In this document: piece by piece, positions 1 through 9,242 of the stretch
How the letters are laid out: each line of letters opens with the position of its first letter
Position numbering within the stretch: the stretch's first letter is position 1
The notes under the pieces: model-generated
Told to the model about the DNA's origin: nothing
The model's database searches: none
Seen by the model: only the letters and a program-made list of their open reading frames with translations
DNA from: Candidatus Caldarchaeales archaeon
GTDB lineage: Archaea; Thermoproteota; Nitrososphaeria_A; Caldarchaeales; Calditenuaceae
DNA: 64,000 bases
Direction: 5' to 3'
Assembly: GCA_039630085.1 (NCBI GenBank)
Contig: JBCNVM010000002.1
Span: forward strand, 84,721 to 148,720
Program-made: the position numbers and the translations under genes

Positions 1-757
1 ACATCCCGCTGTCGACGTAGAAGGCGGATGCGGCAGAACCGACCTCCTCGAGGAGGTTCGCGGCGGTCATCGGCCCTATCACCGCGTCGTAGGCGCCCTC
101 GGGAACCTCCCTCGGGTCCTTCGCGGCCTTCGCGACCTCTCCCGCCTCCCTACCCACCTGCTCGGGGTCGAACTCGGAGAGGTTCCCTGTTCCGGCCGCG
201 AACTGGCCGCTCGACTCCCCGTCCAGGAACGCCCTGACCGAGAGCTCTATCGTGTCCTTTTGGGCCTCCGCCTCGACGCCACCCGTCGTGACGAGGCTCC
301 TGTGCGTCCTCGTGAGGACGAGTGAGCCCGCGACCCTGCTCGCACCGGCGCTCAGCGCCGCGTTCACCGCCGCCTCAACAGCGTCGACAAGCTTCTCCCT
401 CCCGATCCCCTTCAGCCTCATGTCGAGCAGCCTCGGGTCGTAGGAGAAGGGGCCCGAGGGCAGAGGCGCGTACAGGTCCGAGGGCGGCGTGCTCTTCGCG
501 AGCCTCAGCGCGTCCCTGACCAGCGCCTTGAGGCCGGAGGCGGTCACGTCGGTGGTTCCGGTCACGGCCCTCTGGGGCCCGAAGGCGACGTAGAGCGAGA
601 CGCTCTCCTCTTCGAACCTCTTCGAGACCGTTACCTCGTTGTTCGCGAACCTGATCATGTAGGTCGTCGTGGTGAAGGACTCCACCGCGCAGTCGGTCGC
701 GCCCTCGGCCTTGACGGCCTTGGTCAGGGCCTTCGCCCTCCTCGAGCTCAGGACCAA
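1..757 (-). CDS. TldD/PmbA family protein (PmbA/TldE-like), runs off the window edge
   Basis: Not in the ORF track. Manual translation from TTG at 757 (GAGGGG upstream) gives MVLSSRRAKALTKAVKAEGATDCAV...YMIRFANNEVTVS...PEGAYDAVIGP, typical PmbA/TldE N-terminal and central motifs. Confidence 0.8.
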   Translation of the reverse strand, partial: MVLSSRRAKALTKAVKAEGATDCAVESFTTTTYMIRFANNEVTVSKRFEEESVSLYVAFGPQRAVTGTTDVTASGLKALVRDALRLAKSTPPSDLYAPLPSGPFSYDPRLLDMRLKGIGREKLVDAVEAAVNAALSAGASRVAGSLVLTRTHRSLVTTGGVEAEAQKDTIELSVRAFLDGESSGQFAAGTGNLSEFDPEQVGREAGEVAKAAKDPREVPEGAYDAVIGPMTAANLLEEVGSAASAFYVDSGM

Positions 758-848
758 AGCCCCTCGGCGGTCCTCGCCGGCAGGAGGTAAAAAGCTGATC
801 GGGAAAGGACAGGTTCATAGGACCGGGAGGCCGGGTACGGGCAGGAGG

Positions 849-2375
849 TTGCTCTTCGCGGTCAGGTATCCGGTCGCGTCGAGGAAGGGCGTCTACGGCG
901 AGAGGATGGAGGTCGTCGAGTCGAGGGAGGGAGCGCTCAGCGCCTGCTCCGGGGAGGGCACGAGGAGGGTCGTCGTGGACGCTGCGACGCTCTCTGCCGA
1001 CGTCAGGAGGTCCGCGTACGGAGAGGTGCTCGCGGCGAGGCTCCTGACGCCGTTCACCGCCGAGGGCGACCTGAGGGCGCTCCGGTCGCTGCTCAGGGCG
1101 TACGTCAGGAGGTCGGTCGAGGACTCGCTGGTCGACATCAGGAGGGACTACGGGAGGGCCGCTGAGGAGTTGTTGATCGACCCGAGCCACTTCGTCCTCA
1201 GGAAGGTCAGGGGGCTCGTCGCGCTCTACCCGCCGCTCTGGAGGGTATTCTGGTGGGCCTCGAGGTCCTCGCAGGACAGGGAGCTGCTGAGGAGGGTCGC
1301 GGATAACTTCAGGCCCGTGCTCGACGAGCTGGTCGATGAGGGGAGGCTGGCCGCGGACGGGTCTACGGGGCTCTACAGGCTCGCCAGGGGGACCGGACGG
1401 GAGGAGGTCGGGGCGTCGATGGGAGCAGGCCTCGTGAGGCGGCTCGAGTCGCTCCTGATCCCCGGGAGGCTCGGCGCCGGTCTCCCGAGGCTCGTCTTCG
1501 AGGAGGCCCTCGAGGGCGGATGGGAGGCGATGGTGCCGCCGGACCCGGAGGAGGCCCTCTCGATCAGGACCGAGACCGGGCTGCAGCCGCTCTCCTTCGA
1601 GGGCGACGTCGCGGAGTTCGTCAGGAGGCTCTGCGGGGGCGGCGTCGACTCGGTCAGGGTCCGGAGGGCCGGATGGCTCTTCAACTCGACCTACCTCGTC
1701 GAGGTCGAGCAGGGAGGCGACGTGAGGAGGCTCTTCGTGAAGAGGTACCTCGCGATGACCGACGTCAAGTGGGTGGCCGCGAAGCTCTGGTCCTTCCCGC
1801 TCAGGAACTTCCACCTCTCGCCGGCGGCGAGGCTCAGCAACGAGCTCTTCTTCATCTCGTACCTGAGGGAGAGGGGACTGAAGACGCCGCACGTCTTCGG
1901 CGTGAGCTGGAGGAAGAGGGTCCTCCTAGAGGGCGCGATACAGGGGAGCTCGCTGAGGGAGCTGTGGACCTCCGAAGGCGTCGAGGCCGGTCTGCTCGAG
2001 GAGGTGACGGTCAGGTCCGGGGAAGCGGTCGCGAGGGCCCACTCGCTGGGCGTGACGCTCGGCGACTGCAAGCCCGACAACGTGATGGTCGACAGGAGGG
2101 GTCAGGTCTGGCTGGTCGACCTCGAGCAGGCGTCCCTAGGGGGAGACAGGGCATGGGACGTGGCCGAGTTCGTCCTCTTCACCGCGAGGTATCTGGACCT
2201 GAGGAGGAGCAGGGAGTTCGCGAGGCTCTTCGGCGAGGGTTACCTGCGACACGGCAACCCCAAGGACGTCGAGAGGGCCCTCGACCCGAAGTACGTCCTA
2301 GCGATGGTCCCGGTCTCGCCGGTCTGGACGCAGGTCGCGGCGCTCGAGGGCCTCAGGAGCGCCCTCCGCGCGTGA
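849..2375 (+). CDS. Atypical protein-kinase-like (Kdo/WaaP/Bud32-like) domain protein with large N-terminal domain
   Basis: C-terminal kinase motifs: FVKRY, GDCKPDNVMV (catalytic loop), LVDLEQ (DFG equivalent), WDVAEF. Start moved from 669 to TTG 849 because 669-757 overlaps the divergent pmbA-like gene; ATG 906 is an alternative. Confidence 0.7.
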   Translation: MLFAVRYPVASRKGVYGERMEVVESREGALSACSGEGTRRVVVDAATLSADVRRSAYGEVLAARLLTPFTAEGDLRALRSLLRAYVRRSVEDSLVDIRRDYGRAAEELLIDPSHFVLRKVRGLVALYPPLWRVFWWASRSSQDRELLRRVADNFRPVLDELVDEGRLAADGSTGLYRLARGTGREEVGASMGAGLVRRLESLLIPGRLGAGLPRLVFEEALEGGWEAMVPPDPEEALSIRTETGLQPLSFEGDVAEFVRRLCGGGVDSVRVRRAGWLFNSTYLVEVEQGGDVRRLFVKRYLAMTDVKWVAAKLWSFPLRNFHLSPAARLSNELFFISYLRERGLKTPHVFGVSWRKRVLLEGAIQGSSLRELWTSEGVEAGLLEEVTVRSGEAVARAHSLGVTLGDCKPDNVMVDRRGQVWLVDLEQASLGGDRAWDVAEFVLFTARYLDLRRSREFARLFGEGYLRHGNPKDVERALDPKYVLAMVPVSPVWTQVAALEGLRSALRA

Positions 2376-2464
2376 GTCGCCTGCCCCCCATGCCCCAGAG
2401 AGGTCGGACGCTTCTCGCCCGCTTCAACGGCTTTATCTATCAGCCCGGGATGGACTCGGCCGGA

Positions 2465-2632
2465 ATGGGGCTCAGGGACTTCGTCAGGTCGACGGTCGTC
2501 CTCTTCAGGGTCTCGAGGAAGCCCTCGAGGGAGGAGTACTTCGTCCTAGCGAGGATCGTCGCGATCGGCGTCGCGCTGCTCGGCCTGATCTCGATGGTCA
2601 TAAGGTTCGTCTTCCTCGCGCTCCTAGGGTGA
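2465..2632 (+). CDS. secE: Protein translocase SecE/Sec61gamma
   Basis: MGLRDFVRSTVVLFRVSRKPSREEYF...TM helix; the RKP..EEY motif, directly upstream of spt5. Confidence 0.93.
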   Translation: MGLRDFVRSTVVLFRVSRKPSREEYFVLARIVAIGVALLGLISMVIRFVFLALLG

Positions 2633-3075
2633 GGGACTTGGGCAAGCTCTACGCGGTCAGGACGACGGTCGGGCAGGAGAAGAACGTCGCTCAGCTGATC
2701 TGGGGAAGGATCGAGCCCGGGTCGAGGGACGTCCACGCGATCGTCACGCTCCCGAACCTGAAGGGGTTCGTCTTCGTCGAGGGCGCGGAGAGGGACAGGG
2801 TCGCGGTCCTGGTCAGGGAGCTGAGGCACGTCAAGTCCAGGGGGATAGTCCAGATATCACACGAAGAGGTCCTCAGGCACATGGTCGAGAGGCCGCTGAT
2901 CGAGACGATTTCTGAGGGGATGACCGTTGAGGTGGTCGCGGGTCCCTTCAAGGGGTTCACTGGCAAGGTCACCAGAGTGGACAGGATGAGGAAGGAGGTG
3001 ATGCTCGAGCTCCTCGAGAGCAGCTACCCGTTCCCGATCTCAATACCCGTCAACCAGGTCAAGCCGGCCCAGTAG
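2629..3075 (+). CDS. spt5: Transcription elongation factor Spt5/NusG
   Basis: NGN domain (YAVRTTVGQEKNVA, LKGFVFVE) plus KOW motif (VEVVAGPFKG). Confidence 0.96.
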   Translation: MRDLGKLYAVRTTVGQEKNVAQLIWGRIEPGSRDVHAIVTLPNLKGFVFVEGAERDRVAVLVRELRHVKSRGIVQISHEEVLRHMVERPLIETISEGMTVEVVAGPFKGFTGKVTRVDRMRKEVMLELLESSYPFPISIPVNQVKPAQ

Positions 3076-3086
3076 GTAGGTCCGCG

Positions 3087-3575
3087 ATGGGCTTCAGGGA
3101 TCTCCTCTTAGAGGTCCCCCTGAACGGCCGCAGGGTAGTCCAGTTCGGCTTCGCGGGCGTCGCGGCGGAGAGCGACGTCTTCAGGGCGATCGGGAGGGAG
3201 GGGGAGCTGCTGGTGCTGGTAAACAGCGAGAAGCTCAGGTCGAAGGCCGAGGCGTCCCTGCAGGGGACCGGGCTGAGGCACAGGGTCGTCTACTCGCCGG
3301 TGATCGAGCACAACCCGGAGCTCGCGCCCTCGAGCTTCGACGCGGCCCTCTTCCTGAACGCGCTGGTCTCGGTGAGGGGGAAGAGGGAGCTGGTCAACGA
3401 GGCCTACAGGTTGCTGAAGGCTGGGTCGGGCGCCGTCGTCTACGAGTGCTACTGGCCGACGGCCTTCAGGCTCAGGAGGACGCTGAGGAGTGTGCTGACG
3501 GAGAGGCCGGTCTTCCGGGTGAGGTCGATGAGCGTGGGACTGGACACCCTGACCGCGGTCCTCGAGAAGGCGTGA
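3087..3575 (+). CDS. Hypothetical protein, degenerate class I SAM methyltransferase-like fold
   Basis: SSFDAALF and NEAYRLLKAG resemble post-motif-II segments; the glycine-rich SAM motif is poor. Confidence 0.5.
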   Translation: MGFRDLLLEVPLNGRRVVQFGFAGVAAESDVFRAIGREGELLVLVNSEKLRSKAEASLQGTGLRHRVVYSPVIEHNPELAPSSFDAALFLNALVSVRGKRELVNEAYRLLKAGSGAVVYECYWPTAFRLRRTLRSVLTERPVFRVRSMSVGLDTLTAVLEKA

Positions 3576-3579
3576 GGCC

Positions 3580-3819
3580 TTGACGCAGCTCGAGCTCCTC
3601 CTGCTGGGTTTCGCGGTCCTATCGGCGGGGACCCTCCTGCTCCTCTTCGCGCTGGCCTTCTCAGCCCGGGCGCCACGGGAAGGGAGGTCCGAGGGTTTCG
3701 GCGTCGTGCTGATAGGCCCCGTGCCGATCGTCTTCAGGGGGAGGGCCGCGCACGTCCTGCTGATCGCGGCAGCCGCGTTCGTCCTGATCCTGCTGCTGAT
3801 GTTGGGTGCGCTGGCTTGA
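3580..3819 (+). CDS. DUF131 (TIGR00304-like) small membrane protein
   Basis: Two TM helices around GFGVVLIGPVPIVF. Confidence 0.8.
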   Translation: MTQLELLLLGFAVLSAGTLLLLFALAFSARAPREGRSEGFGVVLIGPVPIVFRGRAAHVLLIAAAAFVLILLLMLGALA

Positions 3820-4034
3820 GGCTCGTCGCGGTCGCGCTCCTCCTGATCGTCACAGGCATCGCGCTGATGGTCCTAGCGGCGGCGCAGCTCGGGGGCGCGG
3901 AGTTCAGGGGTTTCGGGTTCGTCCTGATCGGCCCGATACCGCTGTTCGTCTCCGACGGCCAGGCGGTGCTCCTGACGGCCCTGATAGCCTTGGCGGTCTT
4001 CGTCGCGGTCCTTCTGAAGGCGCTCGGGCGGTAG
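3816..4034 (+). CDS. DUF131 (TIGR00304-like) small membrane protein, tandem paralogue
   Basis: GFGFVLIGPIPLFV motif; TTGA overlap with the previous gene. Confidence 0.8.
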   Translation: MRLVAVALLLIVTGIALMVLAAAQLGGAEFRGFGFVLIGPIPLFVSDGQAVLLTALIALAVFVAVLLKALGR

Positions 4035-4055
4035 AAGTTTTTCGGGGAAGATAGG

Positions 4056-4841
4056 TCACGCGGTCCTCAGGTACTTCTCCTCGATGCCCTTGTACCCAAC
4101 CCTCTCCAGCTCTTCGGCGAGCTCGAACCCGCCGCTTGCGATGATCCTCCCGTCGTACATGATGTGGACGTAGTCGGGCCTCAGGTAGTTCAGGATCCTC
4201 GCGTAGTGGGTGATGACGAGGGCGCCGACGTTCTCCCGCTCGACCATGTCCTTCACCGCCGCCGCGACCACCTTGACCCCGTCGATGTCGAGTCCCGAGT
4301 CGGTCTCGTCGAGGATCGCGATCTTCGGCCTCAGGGTCAGCATCTGCACGATCTCGGACCTCTTCTTCTCGCCGCCCGAGAAGCCCTCGTTCAGGTACCT
4401 CCTCGTGAAGGACTCGTCGAACTGGAGCGCCCTGAAGTTCTCCACGAGCGTCCTGTGGAACTGCGAGGGCGAGACCTTCTTCCCCTCCTCGCCGTAGATC
4501 GAGAGGTAGGCCTTCCTGAGGAAGTTAGCCATCGTCAGCCCCGTGATCTCCTGCGGGTACTGGAACGCGAGGAAGATCCCCCTCTTCGCCCTCTGGTCCG
4601 GCGTGAGGTCGAGGATGCTCTCGCCGTCGAGCCTGATGTCGCCGCTCTCGACCGTGTACTTCGGGTGGCCCATGACGACGTAGGCGGTCGTGCTCTTCCC
4701 GGACCCGTTCGGGCCCATCAGCGCGTGGATTTCGCCCTGAGAGACGGTCAGGTTCAGGCCCTTGATGATCTGTCTCCCCTCGACTCCCGCGTACAGGTCG
4801 ACGATCTCCAGCCTCAAGCCTCCCTGCCCGCGAATCGCCAC
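4056..4841 (-). CDS. sufC: Fe-S cluster assembly ATPase SufC
   Basis: GPNGSGKST, FLAFQYPQEI, NEGFSGGEKKR, LDETDSGLDID, ITHY. Confidence 0.96.
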   Translation of the reverse strand: MAIRGQGGLRLEIVDLYAGVEGRQIIKGLNLTVSQGEIHALMGPNGSGKSTTAYVVMGHPKYTVESGDIRLDGESILDLTPDQRAKRGIFLAFQYPQEITGLTMANFLRKAYLSIYGEEGKKVSPSQFHRTLVENFRALQFDESFTRRYLNEGFSGGEKKRSEIVQMLTLRPKIAILDETDSGLDIDGVKVVAAAVKDMVERENVGALVITHYARILNYLRPDYVHIMYDGRIIASGGFELAEELERVGYKGIEEKYLRTA

Positions 4842-4884
4842 AATATCTACTTCGGGGCTCCACTCGGCCCGGACCCGTCGGCCA

Positions 4885-5043
4885 TCATTTGGTCCTCTCT
4901 TCCTCCCCCCAGAGCTCCCTCCTGAGGAGGTCCCTGACCGCGGCCCTGAGGAGCGCTGACCTGCTCGGGTAGACCCCCCTCCTTATCAGCTCGTCCATCC
5001 CCTCGACGAGGGCCTCCGGGAGCTTTACGCTGATGAGCTTCAT
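4885..5043 (-). CDS. Small ribbon-helix-helix DNA-binding protein (CopG/Arc/MetJ; CdrS/aCcr-like)
   Basis: 52 aa MKLISVKLPEALVEGMDELIRRGVYPSRSALLRAAVRDLL; ATG at 5043 within the longer track ORF. Confidence 0.88.
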   Translation of the reverse strand: MKLISVKLPEALVEGMDELIRRGVYPSRSALLRAAVRDLLRRELWGEEERTK

Positions 5044-5175
5044 AGCCGGTATGACCGAAGTCCTGCCACCGATTTGAGCTTTGCGCCGGAAGACGATCCC
5101 CGAAGGCGGGTACCGACGGGGGACGGGGAACGTTTTAAAGAAGGGCGGGAGTTGTGGGACCCGAGCAGGGTCGCG

Positions 5176-5466
5176 ATGGACGTCAAGACCGAGCTGAGGG
5201 TTCTCAGGAGGACCGGGAAGGTCGTCTTCGGGTTCAGGCAGTCGTACCACGCGCTGATGCGGGGCGAGGCATCGGTCGTGCTGGTCTCGAGCGACTGCCC
5301 GGAGAGGTTCAGGAGGGAGCTGCAGGTGGTGGCCGCGATGAAGGGCGCGAAGGTCGTCGACGCGGGGATCAGCTCCAGCGAGCTCGCGAGGCTGCTCGGA
5401 AAGCCCTTCCACGCATCGACGGTCGCGGTGATCGACGCGGGATCCAGCGGCCTCGGCAAGGGGTGA
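5176..5466 (+). CDS. rpl30e: 50S ribosomal protein L30e
   Basis: RTGKVVFG...ELARLLGKPFHASTVAVIDAGSS; ATG 5176; TTTTAAA box at about 5133-5139. Confidence 0.93.
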   Translation: MDVKTELRVLRRTGKVVFGFRQSYHALMRGEASVVLVSSDCPERFRRELQVVAAMKGAKVVDAGISSSELARLLGKPFHASTVAVIDAGSSGLGKG

Positions 5467-5472
5467 GCTGGG

Positions 5473-5913
5473 GTGGCTGAGGGAGGGAGGACCTCGGTCA
5501 AGATCACGGAGAGCGAGTTCCAGTACATCTCGTTCTTCCAGAGGGTGACCGACGTCCAGCCGCTCGACTGCGTCGTGATCGACGACATGGTGGTCTACGT
5601 CGTCAACGCGGGCGACGTCGGAAAGGCCGTCGGGAGGAAGGGGAACATCGTGCAGGAGCTGAAGAACATCCAGAGGAAGAGGATCAAGATCGTCGAGTTC
5701 TCGCAGGACCCGAAGAAGTTCATCGCGAACGCCCTTCAGCCCGCGACGGTTTCAGAGGTCGAGCTTGTCGAGAGGGACGGGCGATTGTTCGCGCGGGTCA
5801 AGGTCCCCGACGAGGAGAAGGGCAGGGCGATCGGGAGGGGAGGAGTGAACCTGAGGGCGGCGGCCGAGCTCGCCCGGAGGCACTTCGGCGTGGAGAGGAT
5901 CGTCATCAGGTAG
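5473..5913 (+). CDS. nusA: Archaeal NusA-like KH protein
   Basis: Two KH GxxG motifs (GKAVGRKG, GRAIGRGG); follows rpl30e as usual. Confidence 0.93.
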   Translation: MAEGGRTSVKITESEFQYISFFQRVTDVQPLDCVVIDDMVVYVVNAGDVGKAVGRKGNIVQELKNIQRKRIKIVEFSQDPKKFIANALQPATVSEVELVERDGRLFARVKVPDEEKGRAIGRGGVNLRAAAELARRHFGVERIVIR

Positions 5914-5916
5914 CAG

Positions 5917-7026
5917 ATGAAGCTCGTCGTACGGACGCCGCTGGGCCTCGAGCCTGTCGTCAGGTCCAAGATCGAGCTCCTCGACCCCGGCGCGCTGGCA
6001 GTCCAGACGCCCTACGGACTGAAGGGGCTCGTCGTCGTGGAGAGCTGCTCGGACCCGGACCGGCTGAAGAGGCTGATCGAGGAGGAGGTCCCCGAGGCCG
6101 AGAGGGTGATCAGGCCCGACGTCGTTGTCCCAACGGAAGTCGACCTGATCATCGAGGCGGCGACCGCGGTCTCCAAGGAGAGGATCTCGCCCCACGAGAG
6201 CTTCGCCGTCAGGACCAGGAGGAGGGCCCGCGGGGGCTTCACGAGCCTCGAGCTGAACGCGAGGGTCGGCGCCTCGATCCAGCACGCGACCGGCGCGAGG
6301 GTCGACCTGGATAACCCGGACAAGGTCGTCGTGATAGAGGTCGTGGGCGACAGGACGGCGATCGCGGTCCTCGAGGGGAGCTCCGAGCACAGGAAGATGG
6401 CCCCGACGAAGCGGAGCTCGTGGAGGTTCTTCAACAGGGTCTCGGTTGTCCAGATGCCGTACCTCGGGACCGTCGAGGGCGCGAGGGAGGTCGGGAGGAG
6501 GATCGGGAGGTTCGTCCAGGCCTTCGAGGTCGGGGAGCTCGTGGTCGCGCCGGTCGGCGCGGTCGACGCCAGGGAGCTCTCGGCCTTCCTCGACGCGGTC
6601 TTCGAGGGCATCTCTTCGAGGTTGGAGGTCCAGAAGCGGAGCTACGGCAGGCCTGCGAGGGAGGTCAGGGTCCTGGTCCAGGACCTCTACCAACTCGTCC
6701 TCGAGAGGCGCCACGAGCCTATCTTGGTCTTCGAGCCCGAGGGCAGGGAGATCTACGGCGCGCTCCCCGAGGTGGCGGAGGCCGTCGCTAAGGCCAAGAG
6801 GATCAACGTCCTCCTGGGTTCCAGGGAGGGGATACCGAAGGGCGTATTCAGGACGGCGACCGCGGTCTTCGACCTCTGTCCCGACGTGACCCTGCCGACG
6901 GAGCTGGCCGCGCCCGCGGCGCTCATCGCGCTCTACAACCTCCTCAAGCGGGAGGGCCTGGAGGTCGAGGCATCACCTGGTGGCGGATCCGAGGAGGAAG
7001 GCGACAAGGGCGACGAACATCCATAG
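5917..7026 (+). CDS. THUMP domain plus SPOUT-family RNA methyltransferase
   Basis: THUMP (SFAVRTRRR, VDLDNPDKVVVIEV) and SPOUT knot (FEPEG, LLGSREGIPKG, DLCPDVTLPTE). Confidence 0.82.
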   Translation: MKLVVRTPLGLEPVVRSKIELLDPGALAVQTPYGLKGLVVVESCSDPDRLKRLIEEEVPEAERVIRPDVVVPTEVDLIIEAATAVSKERISPHESFAVRTRRRARGGFTSLELNARVGASIQHATGARVDLDNPDKVVVIEVVGDRTAIAVLEGSSEHRKMAPTKRSSWRFFNRVSVVQMPYLGTVEGAREVGRRIGRFVQAFEVGELVVAPVGAVDARELSAFLDAVFEGISSRLEVQKRSYGRPAREVRVLVQDLYQLVLERRHEPILVFEPEGREIYGALPEVAEAVAKAKRINVLLGSREGIPKGVFRTATAVFDLCPDVTLPTELAAPAALIALYNLLKREGLEVEASPGGGSEEEGDKGDEHP

Positions 7027-7827
7027 CAGGTACTGGTTCTTCACGCTCCTCGAGACGGTCGGCGTTGGGCTCCGGATCAGGCGGTACGAGGAGTAGGCGA
7101 AGCCCGCGTCCGCTAACGCCACGCTCGGCAGGTAAGCCCACCCGAGGACGCCCGTGACGTAGGGCAGCGGGCTGAGCGCGACCGCAGTCATCACGGCGCC
7201 CGCGCCCAGCCTCGAGGCGAAGGCCGCCCCCCTGACCCTCGCCACCGTCCTGACGCCCCTGACCGAGTCGCCCTCGACGTCCGCGATGCCCTTGACGACC
7301 TCCCTCCCGAGGCTCGAGAGGAAGGCCAGGGCCGCCAACGTCCCAGCACCGAGGTCCGGGACCCCGACCGCGACGGCAGACCCGAAGAGGAAGGGAGCCG
7401 CGACCGTTGCGCTGACGGCGGCGTTCCCGATCAGCCCTGTCTGCTTAAGGCTCACGTTGTAGAAGAGAGCCAGCGCGTAAGAGGCGGCAGCGATCGCGAG
7501 GGGGAAGGCGCCGAGCGGAGCAGATGCCGCGAGTCCCACGACCCCGAGTGAGGCCGCGAGGGCCTTCGCCTCGGTCGGGCTCACCGCGCCGGACGGTATC
7601 GGCCTCTCGGGAGCGTTGACCCTGTCCGCATCGACGTCGACGAGGTCGTTGACGGCCATAGAGGATCCGTTGAGGCAGTAGGCCGCGAGGAACGAGAGCG
7701 TCAGCGGCTGGAGGTCGGGCAGCCTCCCGGAGGAGACGAAGTGGCCCGCGAGGACCGCGACGAACATCATCAGGCCGTTCGGAGGCCTGGTAAGCCTGAT
7801 CAGCCCAGAGAACTTGCCCAACCTCAA
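6973..7827 (-). CDS. UbiA-family prenyltransferase, digeranylgeranylglyceryl phosphate synthase
   Basis: LTRPPN, NDLVDVDADRVNAPERPIPSG, REVVKGIADVEGD; TTG 7827 overlaps the endA stop. Confidence 0.9.
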   Translation of the reverse strand: MRLGKFSGLIRLTRPPNGLMMFVAVLAGHFVSSGRLPDLQPLTLSFLAAYCLNGSSMAVNDLVDVDADRVNAPERPIPSGAVSPTEAKALAASLGVVGLAASAPLGAFPLAIAAASYALALFYNVSLKQTGLIGNAAVSATVAAPFLFGSAVAVGVPDLGAGTLAALAFLSSLGREVVKGIADVEGDSVRGVRTVARVRGAAFASRLGAGAVMTAVALSPLPYVTGVLGWAYLPSVALADAGFAYSSYRLIRSPTPTVSRSVKNQYLLWMFVALVAFLLGSATR

Positions 7828-8360
7828 CCACCTGCTACGTTGACCGGAGAGACCTCGGAGCACGTGTAGTAGACGACCTCGCCCCGCCTGTCGACGATCG
7901 CGAGCAGGAGCTGCTTCCCCACGTTCTTCGAGTGCCAGACCAGCTCCATCAGGTCCGAGACCTTCACGGGGAAGCCCTCGAAGATCGGGAAGACGAAGTA
8001 CTTCGCGCTGTCGGTCTTCCCCCTCTCGTAGACCATGAGGTAGAGGCCCGGGGACGGCCCGTGCCTGACGTGGTACCTCCTCCTTTTCAGGTCCCGGTAG
8101 ACGACGAAGTTGATCCAGAAGCCCCTCGTCGAGCCCGAGAACCGCCTCACCAGCGAGGTGAAGTCGAGGGCGTCGCCCGCCTCGTCGACGACGATCAGCT
8201 CCCCCTCCTCGGCCAGATAGGCGGCCTCGTAGGGAGTCAGCTCGAGCGTCCCGGGCTCGACGAGCTCGCCGTATCCCCAGCTGTACAGCCTGTTGGCGGC
8301 CGCGCCCCTCACGACGACCCTCTCGTCGCCGACCATTCTGCCCTCCGCGACCTCCTCCAT
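7824..8360 (-). CDS. endA: tRNA-splicing endonuclease subunit, probably structural (beta) type
   Basis: LELTPYEAAYL, VVYRDLKRRRY, LLLAIVDRRGEVVYY; the catalytic Tyr (KYG) and His are not evident. Confidence 0.85.
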   Translation of the reverse strand: MEEVAEGRMVGDERVVVRGAAANRLYSWGYGELVEPGTLELTPYEAAYLAEEGELIVVDEAGDALDFTSLVRRFSGSTRGFWINFVVYRDLKRRRYHVRHGPSPGLYLMVYERGKTDSAKYFVFPIFEGFPVKVSDLMELVWHSKNVGKQLLLAIVDRRGEVVYYTCSEVSPVNVAGG

Positions 8361-8468
8361 CCCCGCCCCGACCGGGTCCGACGCTTATTAGCGATGAGCG
8401 TCTCCCGGAATTCGTCCGCCGCCCTTCCCCCGGAAGCCAAATATCCGGGCGCCCCCGTGTAACCGAAG

Positions 8469-9242
8469 GTGCCGAAGCCGAACAGGATCGCGCCGGCCCT
8501 CTTGGCTGCTGCGCTACTCCTGCTCCTGATGAACAGCCCTCCGCTCGGCAGCGGCTCTAAGCAGCTCGTCGAGGTCATCTACTTCGCGGAATTCGGGTCT
8601 GGCCAGCCCCTGCTCCACGAGGTCGAGGTGGTCGTCCTCCATTCGGTCGACTGGGGCTCTCCCAGGAGGGCGAGGGCCGGGGAGGCTGTCGTCTTCATCG
8701 CCGGCGAGGTCAGGAGGGTCGGCTCCGACGGGGCGGTGAGGCTCAAGGTCCCCAGGGGCAACCACACGCTATCGGTCTACTGGGCCGACGGAAGGCTCGC
8801 GCCCCTGAGGACGAAGGTCTCAGTCGACAGCGACCTCTCGGTCACGGTGACATTCACCGAGGTCCGCTTGAAGCCGGCCTCGTTCATCCTCTCGCCCGAC
8901 GTGACGAAGGGCGTCACTTCCCTAACGGTCGCGTTCGACCTGTTCAGGACCGAGGACGTGTACTTCGCTCCCCCGATCGTGAGGTACTTCACCTCCACCG
9001 GCGAGCTGAGGGTCGTACCGCCTGTCGTCAGGCCCGAATTGGTCTCCGCGCTCCCCTACTCGGTCAGACCGAGCTCGCTGTTCGTAGGACAGGTGGACGA
9101 GGCCGCGCTGGAGGAGGGAGCGGTGCCGTCGCAGGCGTCGATCAGCGTCGAGCTACCGGGAATAGCCGCGACCGTGCTGCCCGACAGCTACGTCCCCATG
9201 CTCGTGATAGACCACTCGGTGCGGGAAGTTGAGCGCGGCTGA
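8469..9242 (+). CDS. Exported beta-rich hypothetical protein
   Basis: N-terminal signal/TM helix; VGSDGAVRLKVPRGNHTLSVY resembles a carboxypeptidase-regulatory-like beta sandwich. Confidence 0.6.
   Translation: MPKPNRIAPALLAAALLLLLMNSPPLGSGSKQLVEVIYFAEFGSGQPLLHEVEVVVLHSVDWGSPRRARAGEAVVFIAGEVRRVGSDGAVRLKVPRGNHTLSVYWADGRLAPLRTKVSVDSDLSVTVTFTEVRLKPASFILSPDVTKGVTSLTVAFDLFRTEDVYFAPPIVRYFTSTGELRVVPPVVRPELVSALPYSVRPSSLFVGQVDEAALEEGAVPSQASISVELPGIAATVLPDSYVPMLVIDHSVREVERG

Noticed and set aside
375-1892. 505-aa minus-strand ORF and many similar long shadow ORFs (e.g. 54363-55826, 51348-52655, 36283-37506)
   Set aside because: Pro/Arg/Gly-rich antisense or off-frame shadows of well-supported genes, expected at high GC; no motifs.
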